NCBI GenBank assembly: GCA_955652635.1 | Contig: CATPBN010000103.1 | Location: 1 to 63,930 of the forward strand | Length of the DNA stretch: 63,930 nucleotides | DNA from: an uncultured Gemmatimonadaceae bacterium | GTDB taxonomy: Bacteria; Gemmatimonadota; Gemmatimonadetes; Gemmatimonadales; Gemmatimonadaceae | Direction of reading: 5' to 3' | Shown here: piece after piece, positions 56,525 through 63,930 of the stretch | Numbering within the stretch: the first letter of the stretch is position 1 | Layout: each line of letters opens with the position of its first letter | Notes under the pieces: generated by a model | What the model was told of the DNA's origin: nothing | The model's input: only the letters and a program-made list of their open reading frames with translations | Databases searched by the model: none | Translations under genes and position numbers: made by a program

Positions 56525-59470
56525 CTAGAGCTTCGTTTCGAGCCAGTTTTTTCCGACTCCAAGATCGACGACCAGTGGTACTGACAATTCCGCAGCGTGC
56601 TCCATCTCGTATTTCACAAGCTCCTGCACCTGATCGAGCTCGCTCGGAATTACCTCGAAGACCAGCTCGTCATGGACTTGAAGGAGCATCTTGCTCCGGA
56701 GCTTCCTGGCCCTCAGTGCTTCATCGATCCTGATCATCGCGATCTTGATCAGGTCGGCCGCGGATCCTTGAATCGGAGAATTGGCGGCAACTCTTTCACC
56801 AAATGCCCGAATGTTGAAATTCCGTTCGCGTAACTCCGGGATGTATCGCCGCCGGCCAAATATGGTCTGCACATATCCGTGTTCTCGCGCGAAGGCCACC
56901 ATCGAGTCAAGGTAGTTGCGTACCCCTTGGAAGCGCTCGAAGTAGCGCGCAATGAATGCTTTCGCTTCAGCATGGTCGATCCCGAGCTGGAGGGAGAGGG
57001 CACGCGCACCCTGGCCATAAATGGTCGCGAAATTGATCGTCTTGGCCCGACTTCGCATGACGCTCGTCACCTCGGTCAGAGAAACGTCGAAGATCACCAC
57101 TGCCGTCTGACGATGTATGTCGCCACCCGCCTGGAACGCTTCCACGAAAGCTGGATCACGAGACAGGTGCGCGAGAAGCCTAAGCTCGATCTGCGAATAG
57201 TCAGCAGCCAGTAGCAGCCAGCCTTCACGTGGGATGAAGCCTCGCCTTATGTCTCGGCCCAGCTCACTACGAATTGGAATGTTCTGCAGATTCGGATCAT
57301 TGGACGAAAGCCTGCCGCTGCTGGCACCTGTCTGGTTGTAAGAGGTGTGTAACCGGCCCGTCTTTGGGTTGACAAGCCGCGGAAGTGCATCGAGGTAAGT
57401 GTTCTCGAGCTTGGACAACTCCCTGTACTCCATAAGCAGCGCCGGCAGTTCATGCCCTGCCTCTGCCAGTTCCGTGAGAACACCCACATCAGTCGATGGA
57501 CCAGTGCTGGTTCGCTTGGTGACAGGGAGATTCAGCTTTCCAAACAGTATTTCCCGGAGTTGTGGATTGGAGTTGATGTTGAATTCCACACCAGCAGTTT
57601 CATAGATCTTCTTCTCCACCTCCTCGCGCCCCGTCTGAAAGCGCTGTTTCAGCGATGAGAACAATGGCAGGTCGATCGCTATCCCCGTCCACTCCATCTC
57701 AGCTAGCACGTCGACGAGAGGTATTTCCACGCCGTCAAAGAGTCTAGTCAGTTGGTAGGATTCTAGCTGCGGCTCGAATATCCTGCGCATCTGCAACGCG
57801 ATGTCCGCGTCTTCGCAGGCATAGTCTCGCGCTGCCTCGACAGGACACTCGTCAAACGGAATTGCTGACCGGCCCTTGCCGCAGAGATCAGCATACGATG
57901 TCATGGTGTGGTCGAGAAACTCCAATGCCAGAACATCGAGCCCATGTGAACGCCGTCCCGGATCCAGCACATAGCTCGCCAGCATCGTGTCGAAATCCAG
58001 GCCTGCGAGTTTTACGCCTATGGAGCGCAGTACCAGAAGGTCGTACTTCGCGTTCTGCGCGGTCTTTCGGATCGTCGGGTCCGCTAGAAGATCTCTAAGT
58101 GGCTGCATCTCTGGCGAGGTGAGCGAAGGCAGATTACGGACACTGGTTGGTCTATTCGCTCGCAGGGTTCTGGCAGCGATGCTCAAGGAGTCATTGTCGG
58201 TCTTCCTTTTCCTTGCAGGCGCTTGTTCAAATGGCTCATCGCCTCCTCGAATCAGGCCTCGCTCTTCTGGTGCGTCGGTTGCCGATCTGTCTCCGGCGGT
58301 GTCGACAAGAAGTTCTCCCTGCCCTCCTTGGGGAAGTTTGTGCTGGAACGGGAAGTAGTAAGCTTCGCCGTCAGCGACAGCGATTGCGATCGAGACGAGC
58401 GAAGATCGCAACGGGTCGGCTGGTTGAGGACTCCCGGGATCCATCAGAGTCTCGGTAGCAATAGATATCACTTCGGCTTCACGTGCCCGCCCAATGGCGT
58501 GCTCCATCGCCTCGAGCGTATCTACAGTTACATAGTTAACGCTTGGCTGAGGCTTTTCCTCTGCTGGCGCTTGCGCAGCCGAATCTTTGGCAAGCGAGTG
58601 GAATTCCAGCTCGATGAACAGATCTCGCAATCGATTGTGATCCGGCTGCTTTATCCTGAGCGACTCGAGATCGAATGGAACAGATAAATCCGCGCGGATT
58701 GTCACCAGCTCTTTCGAGAGGCGAGCGTTTTCTGCGTGTTCGATAAGCGCTTCGCGGGGGCGCTTCTTCGTAATCTCGGCAGCGTGATCCAGAATCGACT
58801 CGAGGTGGCCATACTGCTTAACCAGCTCGGATGCTGTCTTGTCGCCGATGCCCCGCACTCCCGGGATGTTGTCCGACGAATCACCGACTAGCGCCAAATA
58901 ATCAGTCACGAACTCTGGTGCGACTCCAAGGCGCTCCTCTGCGTTCTCGACACCGACCCAGTGCTCTTCGACATTGGCCGGCCCGCCTCGCCCAGGATTC
59001 AGAAGCCAGACTCCCGGTTTCACCAGTTGCTGGAAATCCTTATCGCCAGACACCACTACCACATTCACGCCTGCTTCGACGCTTCTTGCTACCAGAGTAC
59101 CGATTACATCATCGGCTTCGAAACCAGGAAGCGTTAGAATCGGGATTCGGTATGCATCCAACATCTCGCAAATGCGGTCCATTCCCCGATCGAAGTCGGA
59201 CTGGAGTTCCTCAGTGAGCTTTTCGCGTGTCGCTTTGTAGGCGGGATACCGCTCGTGCCGAAAGGAAAGGCCTGAATCATGTACCCAGCCGAGGTACTCT
59301 GGCTGATGCTTGGTGATCAGGCGCTGAAGGAAATTTGCTATGCCCCAGCTTGCCGATGTGTTCTCCCCTTTGCTCGTAGTGAGCGGGCGCGATATAAGCG
59401 CGAAAAACGCGCGATAAATGAGGGCATACCCATCAACGAGAAACAGTCGAGGGCCTTCTGGACCATTCAT
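56525..59470 (-). CDS. polA: DNA polymerase I
   Basis: 5' nuclease motifs (LVDG, EADD, GDKD, GDSSDN); polymerase motifs DYSQIELR, AKTINFATIYG and LQVHDEL. Confidence 0.97.
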   Translation of the reverse strand: MNGPEGPRLFLVDGYALIYRAFFALISRPLTTSKGENTSASWGIANFLQRLITKHQPEYLGWVHDSGLSFRHERYPAYKATREKLTEELQSDFDRGMDRICEMLDAYRIPILTLPGFEADDVIGTLVARSVEAGVNVVVVSGDKDFQQLVKPGVWLLNPGRGGPANVEEHWVGVENAEERLGVAPEFVTDYLALVGDSSDNIPGVRGIGDKTASELVKQYGHLESILDHAAEITKKRPREALIEHAENARLSKELVTIRADLSVPFDLESLRIKQPDHNRLRDLFIELEFHSLAKDSAAQAPAEEKPQPSVNYVTVDTLEAMEHAIGRAREAEVISIATETLMDPGSPQPADPLRSSLVSIAIAVADGEAYYFPFQHKLPQGGQGELLVDTAGDRSATDAPEERGLIRGGDEPFEQAPARKRKTDNDSLSIAARTLRANRPTSVRNLPSLTSPEMQPLRDLLADPTIRKTAQNAKYDLLVLRSIGVKLAGLDFDTMLASYVLDPGRRSHGLDVLALEFLDHTMTSYADLCGKGRSAIPFDECPVEAARDYACEDADIALQMRRIFEPQLESYQLTRLFDGVEIPLVDVLAEMEWTGIAIDLPLFSSLKQRFQTGREEVEKKIYETAGVEFNINSNPQLREILFGKLNLPVTKRTSTGPSTDVGVLTELAEAGHELPALLMEYRELSKLENTYLDALPRLVNPKTGRLHTSYNQTGASSGRLSSNDPNLQNIPIRSELGRDIRRGFIPREGWLLLAADYSQIELRLLAHLSRDPAFVEAFQAGGDIHRQTAVVIFDVSLTEVTSVMRSRAKTINFATIYGQGARALSLQLGIDHAEAKAFIARYFERFQGVRNYLDSMVAFAREHGYVQTIFGRRRYIPELRERNFNIRAFGERVAANSPIQGSAADLIKIAMIRIDEALRARKLRSKMLLQVHDELVFEVIPSELDQVQELVKYEMEHAAELSVPLVVDLGVGKNWLETKL

Positions 59471-59481
59471 AGAGTGAATAT

Positions 59482-59517
59482 AAAACGCCCTCGTTCATGG
59501 AGAGCACGAGGGCGTTT
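59482..59517 (-). terminator. Hairpin/terminator between the GWxTD gene and polA
   Basis: Minus strand AAACGCCCTCGT...ACGAGGGCGTTTT. Confidence 0.7.
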
Positions 59518-59550
59518 CAAATCCGGTTTCGCGGCCAGTCAATCACGGAC

Positions 59551-60936
59551 CTAATGCTGGCGACGAGCGCTGATCGAAAGAAACTCCGTTTCACTCGGTC
59601 GAGTCAATCTCCATCGCCCCGTATCCTCAAAAAAAACGAGTTGCGCGTTGTACTGACGATACTGCCAGATCTGAAGCCGTGCGGAGGAGGCAACCTGTGT
59701 CGCTGAGAGCGTTTGATTGATGGTTCGATCAAATACCTCGTCAGGCTCTCCCAAGGCAACAAAAACCATCCCGCGATCGGACAGCCACCCAGGATTCCGA
59801 TCCATTCTGAATTGCACATTGGCCTGCTGAATCCTTCCAAAGTAGGCCTGCAAGTCTTCGTTGGTGGGTGTTTCCGGAATTGGATCAGTTGCACGCAGGA
59901 ATTCCGCCCACATTGTCGCGCGCTGTTCCAAGGGAGCGTTTCGAAGCGCGTTGAGACGGGAGGGAGTGGCAAAGAATCGCAGATAGCCAACCATGTCTTC
60001 GAACGACATGAGTGGAATGTCCTCGCCAAAACTCACAAACAGAGGTGCTTCGACGCTGTCGGCACCCCTCGCATCACGACGACTAAAAAATACCCGGGCG
60101 ATCCCGACTCCCACAGTTGAAATCGGAACGTTAACGACACCACTGAAAAGCGCCCCGTTTCTTCCCAGCGCCGCAGAATCACGCCATATCTGGGCACCCT
60201 TGTCGTTGCGCACTACGAAGTTGACAGGAAGCCGAGCGCCCGGTCCATAGCCCTCGACATAGATCGCAACGGTGCTGTCGCGACCGAATACTGCGCTCGA
60301 ACGGGGGCTCGCCAATAATCGTGGAGCAGAGTCAAGCACCGAGCGACCACTTGCTTCATAAACGAGCGTCGGAGTGGACAGGCGCCCCGCAACCAGGGAT
60401 GGTACCGTAATCATGGCTTGCTGGGATGCGGCCCGAGATCCACCAACATCGCGAACGGTCACCGAGAGAGCGTACGCACCGGGCGGAACATGAAAATAAT
60501 GCTGAAAGATCACACTCTCGTCTGTACGGTTGGTTTCCCTGAATGAGCCAACACGTACAATCTCCATCACATTCACATTTGCGGCTTCAGTTCCATTGCG
60601 AGCGAGCGTGAGCTTCACTTCGTAGGGGGCACGATATCTATCGCCTTCTCTCGTGAAGGTGAGGGCGCGATTGGGAATCGAGATACTGGCCAGAACGAGT
60701 GTTGTATCGGGAGATGCGGTGGCAAAGGAAGAAAGTCTTCCCACGAATGCGAGCGGGCTTGGGGCGGCAAGCAAACCAATCTGCCGATAGATGTCGCTTA
60801 CATCGGAGGCTGGACTTCCCTCTTCCGGGAGGGCTCGCGGATTTGGACGTGGGTTTCCGCCTGACGTTGCAGAGCTACACGCGAGAGCTGAGCCCAGAAG
60901 CAGCAATTCCGGAAATTGTTTCTTGAAAATCAGCAT
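59551..60936 (-). CDS. GWxTD-domain lipoprotein
   Basis: Lipobox ALAC; DP.PETPTNE, RI..AN..F, GWLSDRG...LGEPD and W.Y motifs. Confidence 0.85.
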   Translation of the reverse strand: MLIFKKQFPELLLLGSALACSSATSGGNPRPNPRALPEEGSPASDVSDIYRQIGLLAAPSPLAFVGRLSSFATASPDTTLVLASISIPNRALTFTREGDRYRAPYEVKLTLARNGTEAANVNVMEIVRVGSFRETNRTDESVIFQHYFHVPPGAYALSVTVRDVGGSRAASQQAMITVPSLVAGRLSTPTLVYEASGRSVLDSAPRLLASPRSSAVFGRDSTVAIYVEGYGPGARLPVNFVVRNDKGAQIWRDSAALGRNGALFSGVVNVPISTVGVGIARVFFSRRDARGADSVEAPLFVSFGEDIPLMSFEDMVGYLRFFATPSRLNALRNAPLEQRATMWAEFLRATDPIPETPTNEDLQAYFGRIQQANVQFRMDRNPGWLSDRGMVFVALGEPDEVFDRTINQTLSATQVASSARLQIWQYRQYNAQLVFFEDTGRWRLTRPSETEFLSISARRQH

Positions 60937-60986
60937 GAGTGATTAATACCCTATCCGGTTTCGCTAGTTTCTGTTAGTTTCGCGGC

Positions 60987-61898
60987 GTGTCTCGAGAACA
61001 GATGGTCGGCGCTTCCGTAGCTGGCTATAGCGTCAGGAAGGAAGTAGGCGAAGGCGGAACTTCAGCCGTATACCTGGCTGAACACCCGAATCATGGCACC
61101 GTCGCTCTAAAAGTGCTACGGGAAAAACTGCGCCAGGACGCGACAGCCGTTACTCGCTTCGTACGAGAAGCAAAATACGGCGCCCGTGTAAAGCATCCCA
61201 ACGTCGTTGAGACCATTGAAATAGGGCAGTCCGAGAGTGGTCTTCATTTTCTCGCAATCGAGTGGGCCGAAGGCGAGATTCTCGACCGTTACGCCAAGCA
61301 GTACGCCCCACTGCCGAGAGATGAGGTCTCGACTATTGTCTCGCAGATAGCTGCTGGGGTCCAGGCAGCTCACGATGCCGGAATCGTGCACCGTGATTTG
61401 AAACCGGAAAACGTGATGTACGACGCGAAGACCCGTCGGGTTAAGCTGCTCGATTTCGGCATTGCGACAGACACATCACAGGCTTCGGGCGACGAACGGC
61501 TCACACGCGCCGGGTTCTTCGTGGGGACTCTCATGTATATCGCCCCGGAAGCATTATCAGGCGAAATCGTGACTGCTGCTGCTGACCAGTACAGTCTGGC
61601 AACAATAGCCTATTACCTCCTCACGCGTTGCCTTCCCTATACCGCCAAAGCGCCACGTGAGATGTTTACCCAGCTCCTTACAATGCCTCCGATTCCTCTC
61701 AAAGATGCCGGAGAAGGCAATTTTGATTTTACGAGCGAACTCGACGCTGTTGTGATGCGCGCTCTGTCGCGCTCTCCCGCTGACCGGTACTCGAGCGTAG
61801 TCGTCTTCGCCAACGCTTTCGTGGAGGCTGCTAGTATCCCACCTGATCAGCCGAAGATTCTCACCAAGTTCAAAGGGCTACTTAGGCGCAGCCGTTAG
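60987..61898 (+). CDS. Hanks-type Ser/Thr protein kinase (catalytic domain only)
   Basis: GEGG, VALK, HRDLKPEN, DFG, GTLMYIAPE and DQYSLA motifs. Confidence 0.93.
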   Translation: MSREQMVGASVAGYSVRKEVGEGGTSAVYLAEHPNHGTVALKVLREKLRQDATAVTRFVREAKYGARVKHPNVVETIEIGQSESGLHFLAIEWAEGEILDRYAKQYAPLPRDEVSTIVSQIAAGVQAAHDAGIVHRDLKPENVMYDAKTRRVKLLDFGIATDTSQASGDERLTRAGFFVGTLMYIAPEALSGEIVTAAADQYSLATIAYYLLTRCLPYTAKAPREMFTQLLTMPPIPLKDAGEGNFDFTSELDAVVMRALSRSPADRYSSVVVFANAFVEAASIPPDQPKILTKFKGLLRRSR

Positions 61899-62825
61899 AT
61901 CGTCAGGATCAACAGGGAGCCAAAGTGTAAAGGTTGATCCTTTCCCCGGCTCACTCTCGAGCTTGATCATCCCTCCGATCAGGCCGGCAAGTCGCCTGGA
62001 GATAGCGAGCCCGAGTCCAGTGCCACGCTCTGCGGAGTTGCCGCGTGGACCCGCATCAACCTGCTCAAACTCTTCGAAGATCCGACTTTGGTCCGCCGGA
62101 TGAATCCCAATTCCGGTATCGATCACCTGTATTCCGATCCATGGATTGACCTGGTATGGAGCTCGATCTGGCAACGGAGGACCGCTCTCGAAGGAGGAGT
62201 CGACGAGGCGTGTACGAACGACGATTCCTCCATCATTCGTGTATTTCACGGCGTTTCCGAGAAGGTTTACGAGAATCTGGCGCAGGTGGGTGGGGTCGGT
62301 TCTAACTCGTGGCAGAGCCGCGCCCATGACGAGAGACAGAGTGAGTCCTTTTTCACTGACCAGTGATTCTATCTCGCTCGCAACATCCAGGACGAAGGGC
62401 CGCAGATCAATCGTCTCTGTATGAATCTCGAGCCGTCCCGCAGCCATCTTCGCCAGATCGAGAACCTGATCGACAAGGTGGCGGAGGTGGTTGGCGGATG
62501 CCTCGATGCGCTCGACAGGCTTTACCTGCCGTGGAGCTAGCTCTCCATATACACCCTCGCGAAGAAGGTCGACAAAACCGACAATCGCATTGAGAGGAGT
62601 ACGAAGCTCGTGAGACACGTTCGCGAGGAACTCACTCTTCATCCGATTCACGCGCAACAACTCAGAGGAAAGGCGCTCCAGTTCCTTGGAGCGCTCAACA
62701 AGACTGCGGGCCTGACGACGCTCATGCCGCAGCACCAGGGCAAGACCCAGAACCGTTGCAAGGGACACGATCCATCCAATGAGACTCGTCCAAGAATCAA
62801 ACCCAATCTGTGAAAGCGAATGCAT
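61878..62825 (-). CDS. Sensor histidine kinase (single TM, HisKA + HATPase)
   Basis: SHELRTPL, NLLGNAVKY, DTGIGI, FEQ, GTGLGL and GKGSTF motifs. Confidence 0.93.
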   Translation of the reverse strand: MHSLSQIGFDSWTSLIGWIVSLATVLGLALVLRHERRQARSLVERSKELERLSSELLRVNRMKSEFLANVSHELRTPLNAIVGFVDLLREGVYGELAPRQVKPVERIEASANHLRHLVDQVLDLAKMAAGRLEIHTETIDLRPFVLDVASEIESLVSEKGLTLSLVMGAALPRVRTDPTHLRQILVNLLGNAVKYTNDGGIVVRTRLVDSSFESGPPLPDRAPYQVNPWIGIQVIDTGIGIHPADQSRIFEEFEQVDAGPRGNSAERGTGLGLAISRRLAGLIGGMIKLESEPGKGSTFTLWLPVDPDDLTAAPK

Positions 62826-62853
62826 TGACTCCAATCATAAGAATCCATAACCT
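62825..62853 (+). promoter_or_regulatory. Sigma70-type promoter of pyrE (probably leaderless)
   Basis: TTGACT-17 bp-TAACCT, ending 8 nt before the ATG; no SD. Confidence 0.65.
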
Positions 62854-62861
62854 CTCGCACC

Positions 62862-63419
62862 ATGACCGACTACTCAGCGCTGATCACACTGCTTGCGCAA
62901 CGCTCCGCGAAGCGCGGTCGCTTCAAGCTTGCCTCAGGAAGGGAATCGGACTTTTATGTCGATGCACGTTTGACAACCATGAGCCCGGAAGGATTGGCCA
63001 TGATTGGGCCTCTTGCGCTCTCGACACTTCGGGAGACGGGCTGGACAGTCGATGCCGTAGGAGGCCTCACGCTCGGAGCTGACCCGATCTCGTACGCAAT
63101 CAGTTATGCGAGTGCTGCGTCGGACCGTCCGCTACGCGCTTTCACGGTGCGAAAAGAACCAAAAGCTCATGGCATGGGAAAGCTTCTCGAAGGACCCGTC
63201 GGGCAGGGAGACCGTGTTGCGATAATTGAGGACGTAATAACCACTGGCGGTTCCGCGCTGCGCGCAATTGAAGCTGTACGCAGCGCGAAAGTGTCCGTTG
63301 CCGGTGTTCTAGCATTGGTGGACCGTGAAGAGGGCGGGAGAGAAGCAATTGAAAAGACTGGTGTCAGCGTCACGACCCTCGTGACTGCGAGTCAAATCAT
63401 TGCTGCCCTTATACGCTAA
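62862..63419 (+). CDS. pyrE: Orotate phosphoribosyltransferase
   Basis: FKLASG.ES.FY.D, VRKEPKAHG, IEDVITTGGS and VDR motifs. Confidence 0.95.
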   Translation: MTDYSALITLLAQRSAKRGRFKLASGRESDFYVDARLTTMSPEGLAMIGPLALSTLRETGWTVDAVGGLTLGADPISYAISYASAASDRPLRAFTVRKEPKAHGMGKLLEGPVGQGDRVAIIEDVITTGGSALRAIEAVRSAKVSVAGVLALVDREEGGREAIEKTGVSVTTLVTASQIIAALIR

Positions 63420-63928
63420 GTAGTATCACCTCGTACGGGTTTGTGTGATTTGGGTATCCAGCCTGGGTAAGCTGCTGACGGGTGAAATGTGCAAAGCACG
63501 TCTACATAAGGAAGAACCAGCTCTGTTCTGAAAAACCGAAGCATACCCTGTCCATCGTATGTGCTCCTGAATTTTACTGGAGACATTTTCATGATTGTGC
63601 GCACATGGCGGCCGAAGCTTTGGGGCGACGAATAGTCCAGATGATTTGCTACTCGAGCTACCGACAGTCCTGGATTCTCGAAGAGACGAGCAGCACGTAT
63701 CAATCTGGCGAGGAATAGATATCGTGTGGGAGCCGGCAGCTTTGCCCTGAAGAAACGACTCATCAAAGTGCTCGGCAGAATGTTCAGGTGACGAGCCAGT
63801 TGCCGTACCGTCGAGATTCTCGGAGAGGTATCAAATAGCAGCTCGAAGAATCTCCAGCAATCCTTAGATACTCCCGGTAGATCCAGACCAATCTGAGTAA
63901 GTGCAGAACGTTGCAGATCGGTTGACGC
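63416..63928 (-). CDS. AraC-family HTH regulator, 5' truncated by window
   Basis: Frame is open to the window edge; VRQLARHL..LPSTLMSRF, RLIRAARL and VANHLDYSSPQSFGRH. Confidence 0.85.
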   Translation of the reverse strand, partial: ASTDLQRSALTQIGLDLPGVSKDCWRFFELLFDTSPRISTVRQLARHLNILPSTLMSRFFRAKLPAPTRYLFLARLIRAARLFENPGLSVARVANHLDYSSPQSFGRHVRTIMKMSPVKFRSTYDGQGMLRFFRTELVLPYVDVLCTFHPSAAYPGWIPKSHKPVRGDTT

Positions 63929-63930
63929 TT

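Noticed and set aside
47611-63930. Apparently lower GC toward the right end, suggesting horizontal transfer
   Set aside because: Impression only, not computed. The region holds core genes (parAB, polA, pyrE) and no mobility genes.
1-63930. CRISPR arrays, tRNA/rRNA, IS elements, prophage, retron/RT or defence systems
   Set aside because: No repeat-spacer arrays, cloverleafs or diagnostic ORFs were seen. A visual scan could miss small RNAs.

Overview
Gene-dense, GC-rich bacterial chromosomal segment with about 60 CDSs. I saw no rRNA, tRNA, CRISPR array, transposase, integrase or phage gene. It is probably origin-proximal, because it carries mnmG and parA-parB with two parS sites directly upstream of parA. 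Gene content (GWxTD lipoprotein, Hanks kinase, many secreted peptidases) suggests a soil bacterium such as Gemmatimonadota, but that is an unverified inference. Recognisable blocks: ligD (5' truncated); an NrtR-family regulator with a 21-bp palindrome; desaturase-yggX-GH3; divergent argCBD / argRGH with ARG boxes; a cold-shock protein; ispG; an M16 protease pair; murB; a translationally coupled serA-FAD oxidoreductase-serB-class V aminotransferase-ABC-F operon; polA; pyrE. Most notable observations: (i) a Wzc-like BY-kinase homologue that has lost Walker A, Walker B and the Tyr cluster and is linked to fRMsr and a small alarmone hydrolase rather than polysaccharide genes; (ii) a protamine-like Ser/Arg/Lys protein; (iii) a D-2-hydroxyacid dehydrogenase embedded in the serine operon; (iv) a perfect Rex/CRP-type palindrome upstream of a blue-copper lipoprotein; (v) a ~120-nt intergenic fold-back that may be an ncRNA; (vi) a recurring leaderless-promoter signature. 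All calls come from motif reading by eye; no database searches were run.
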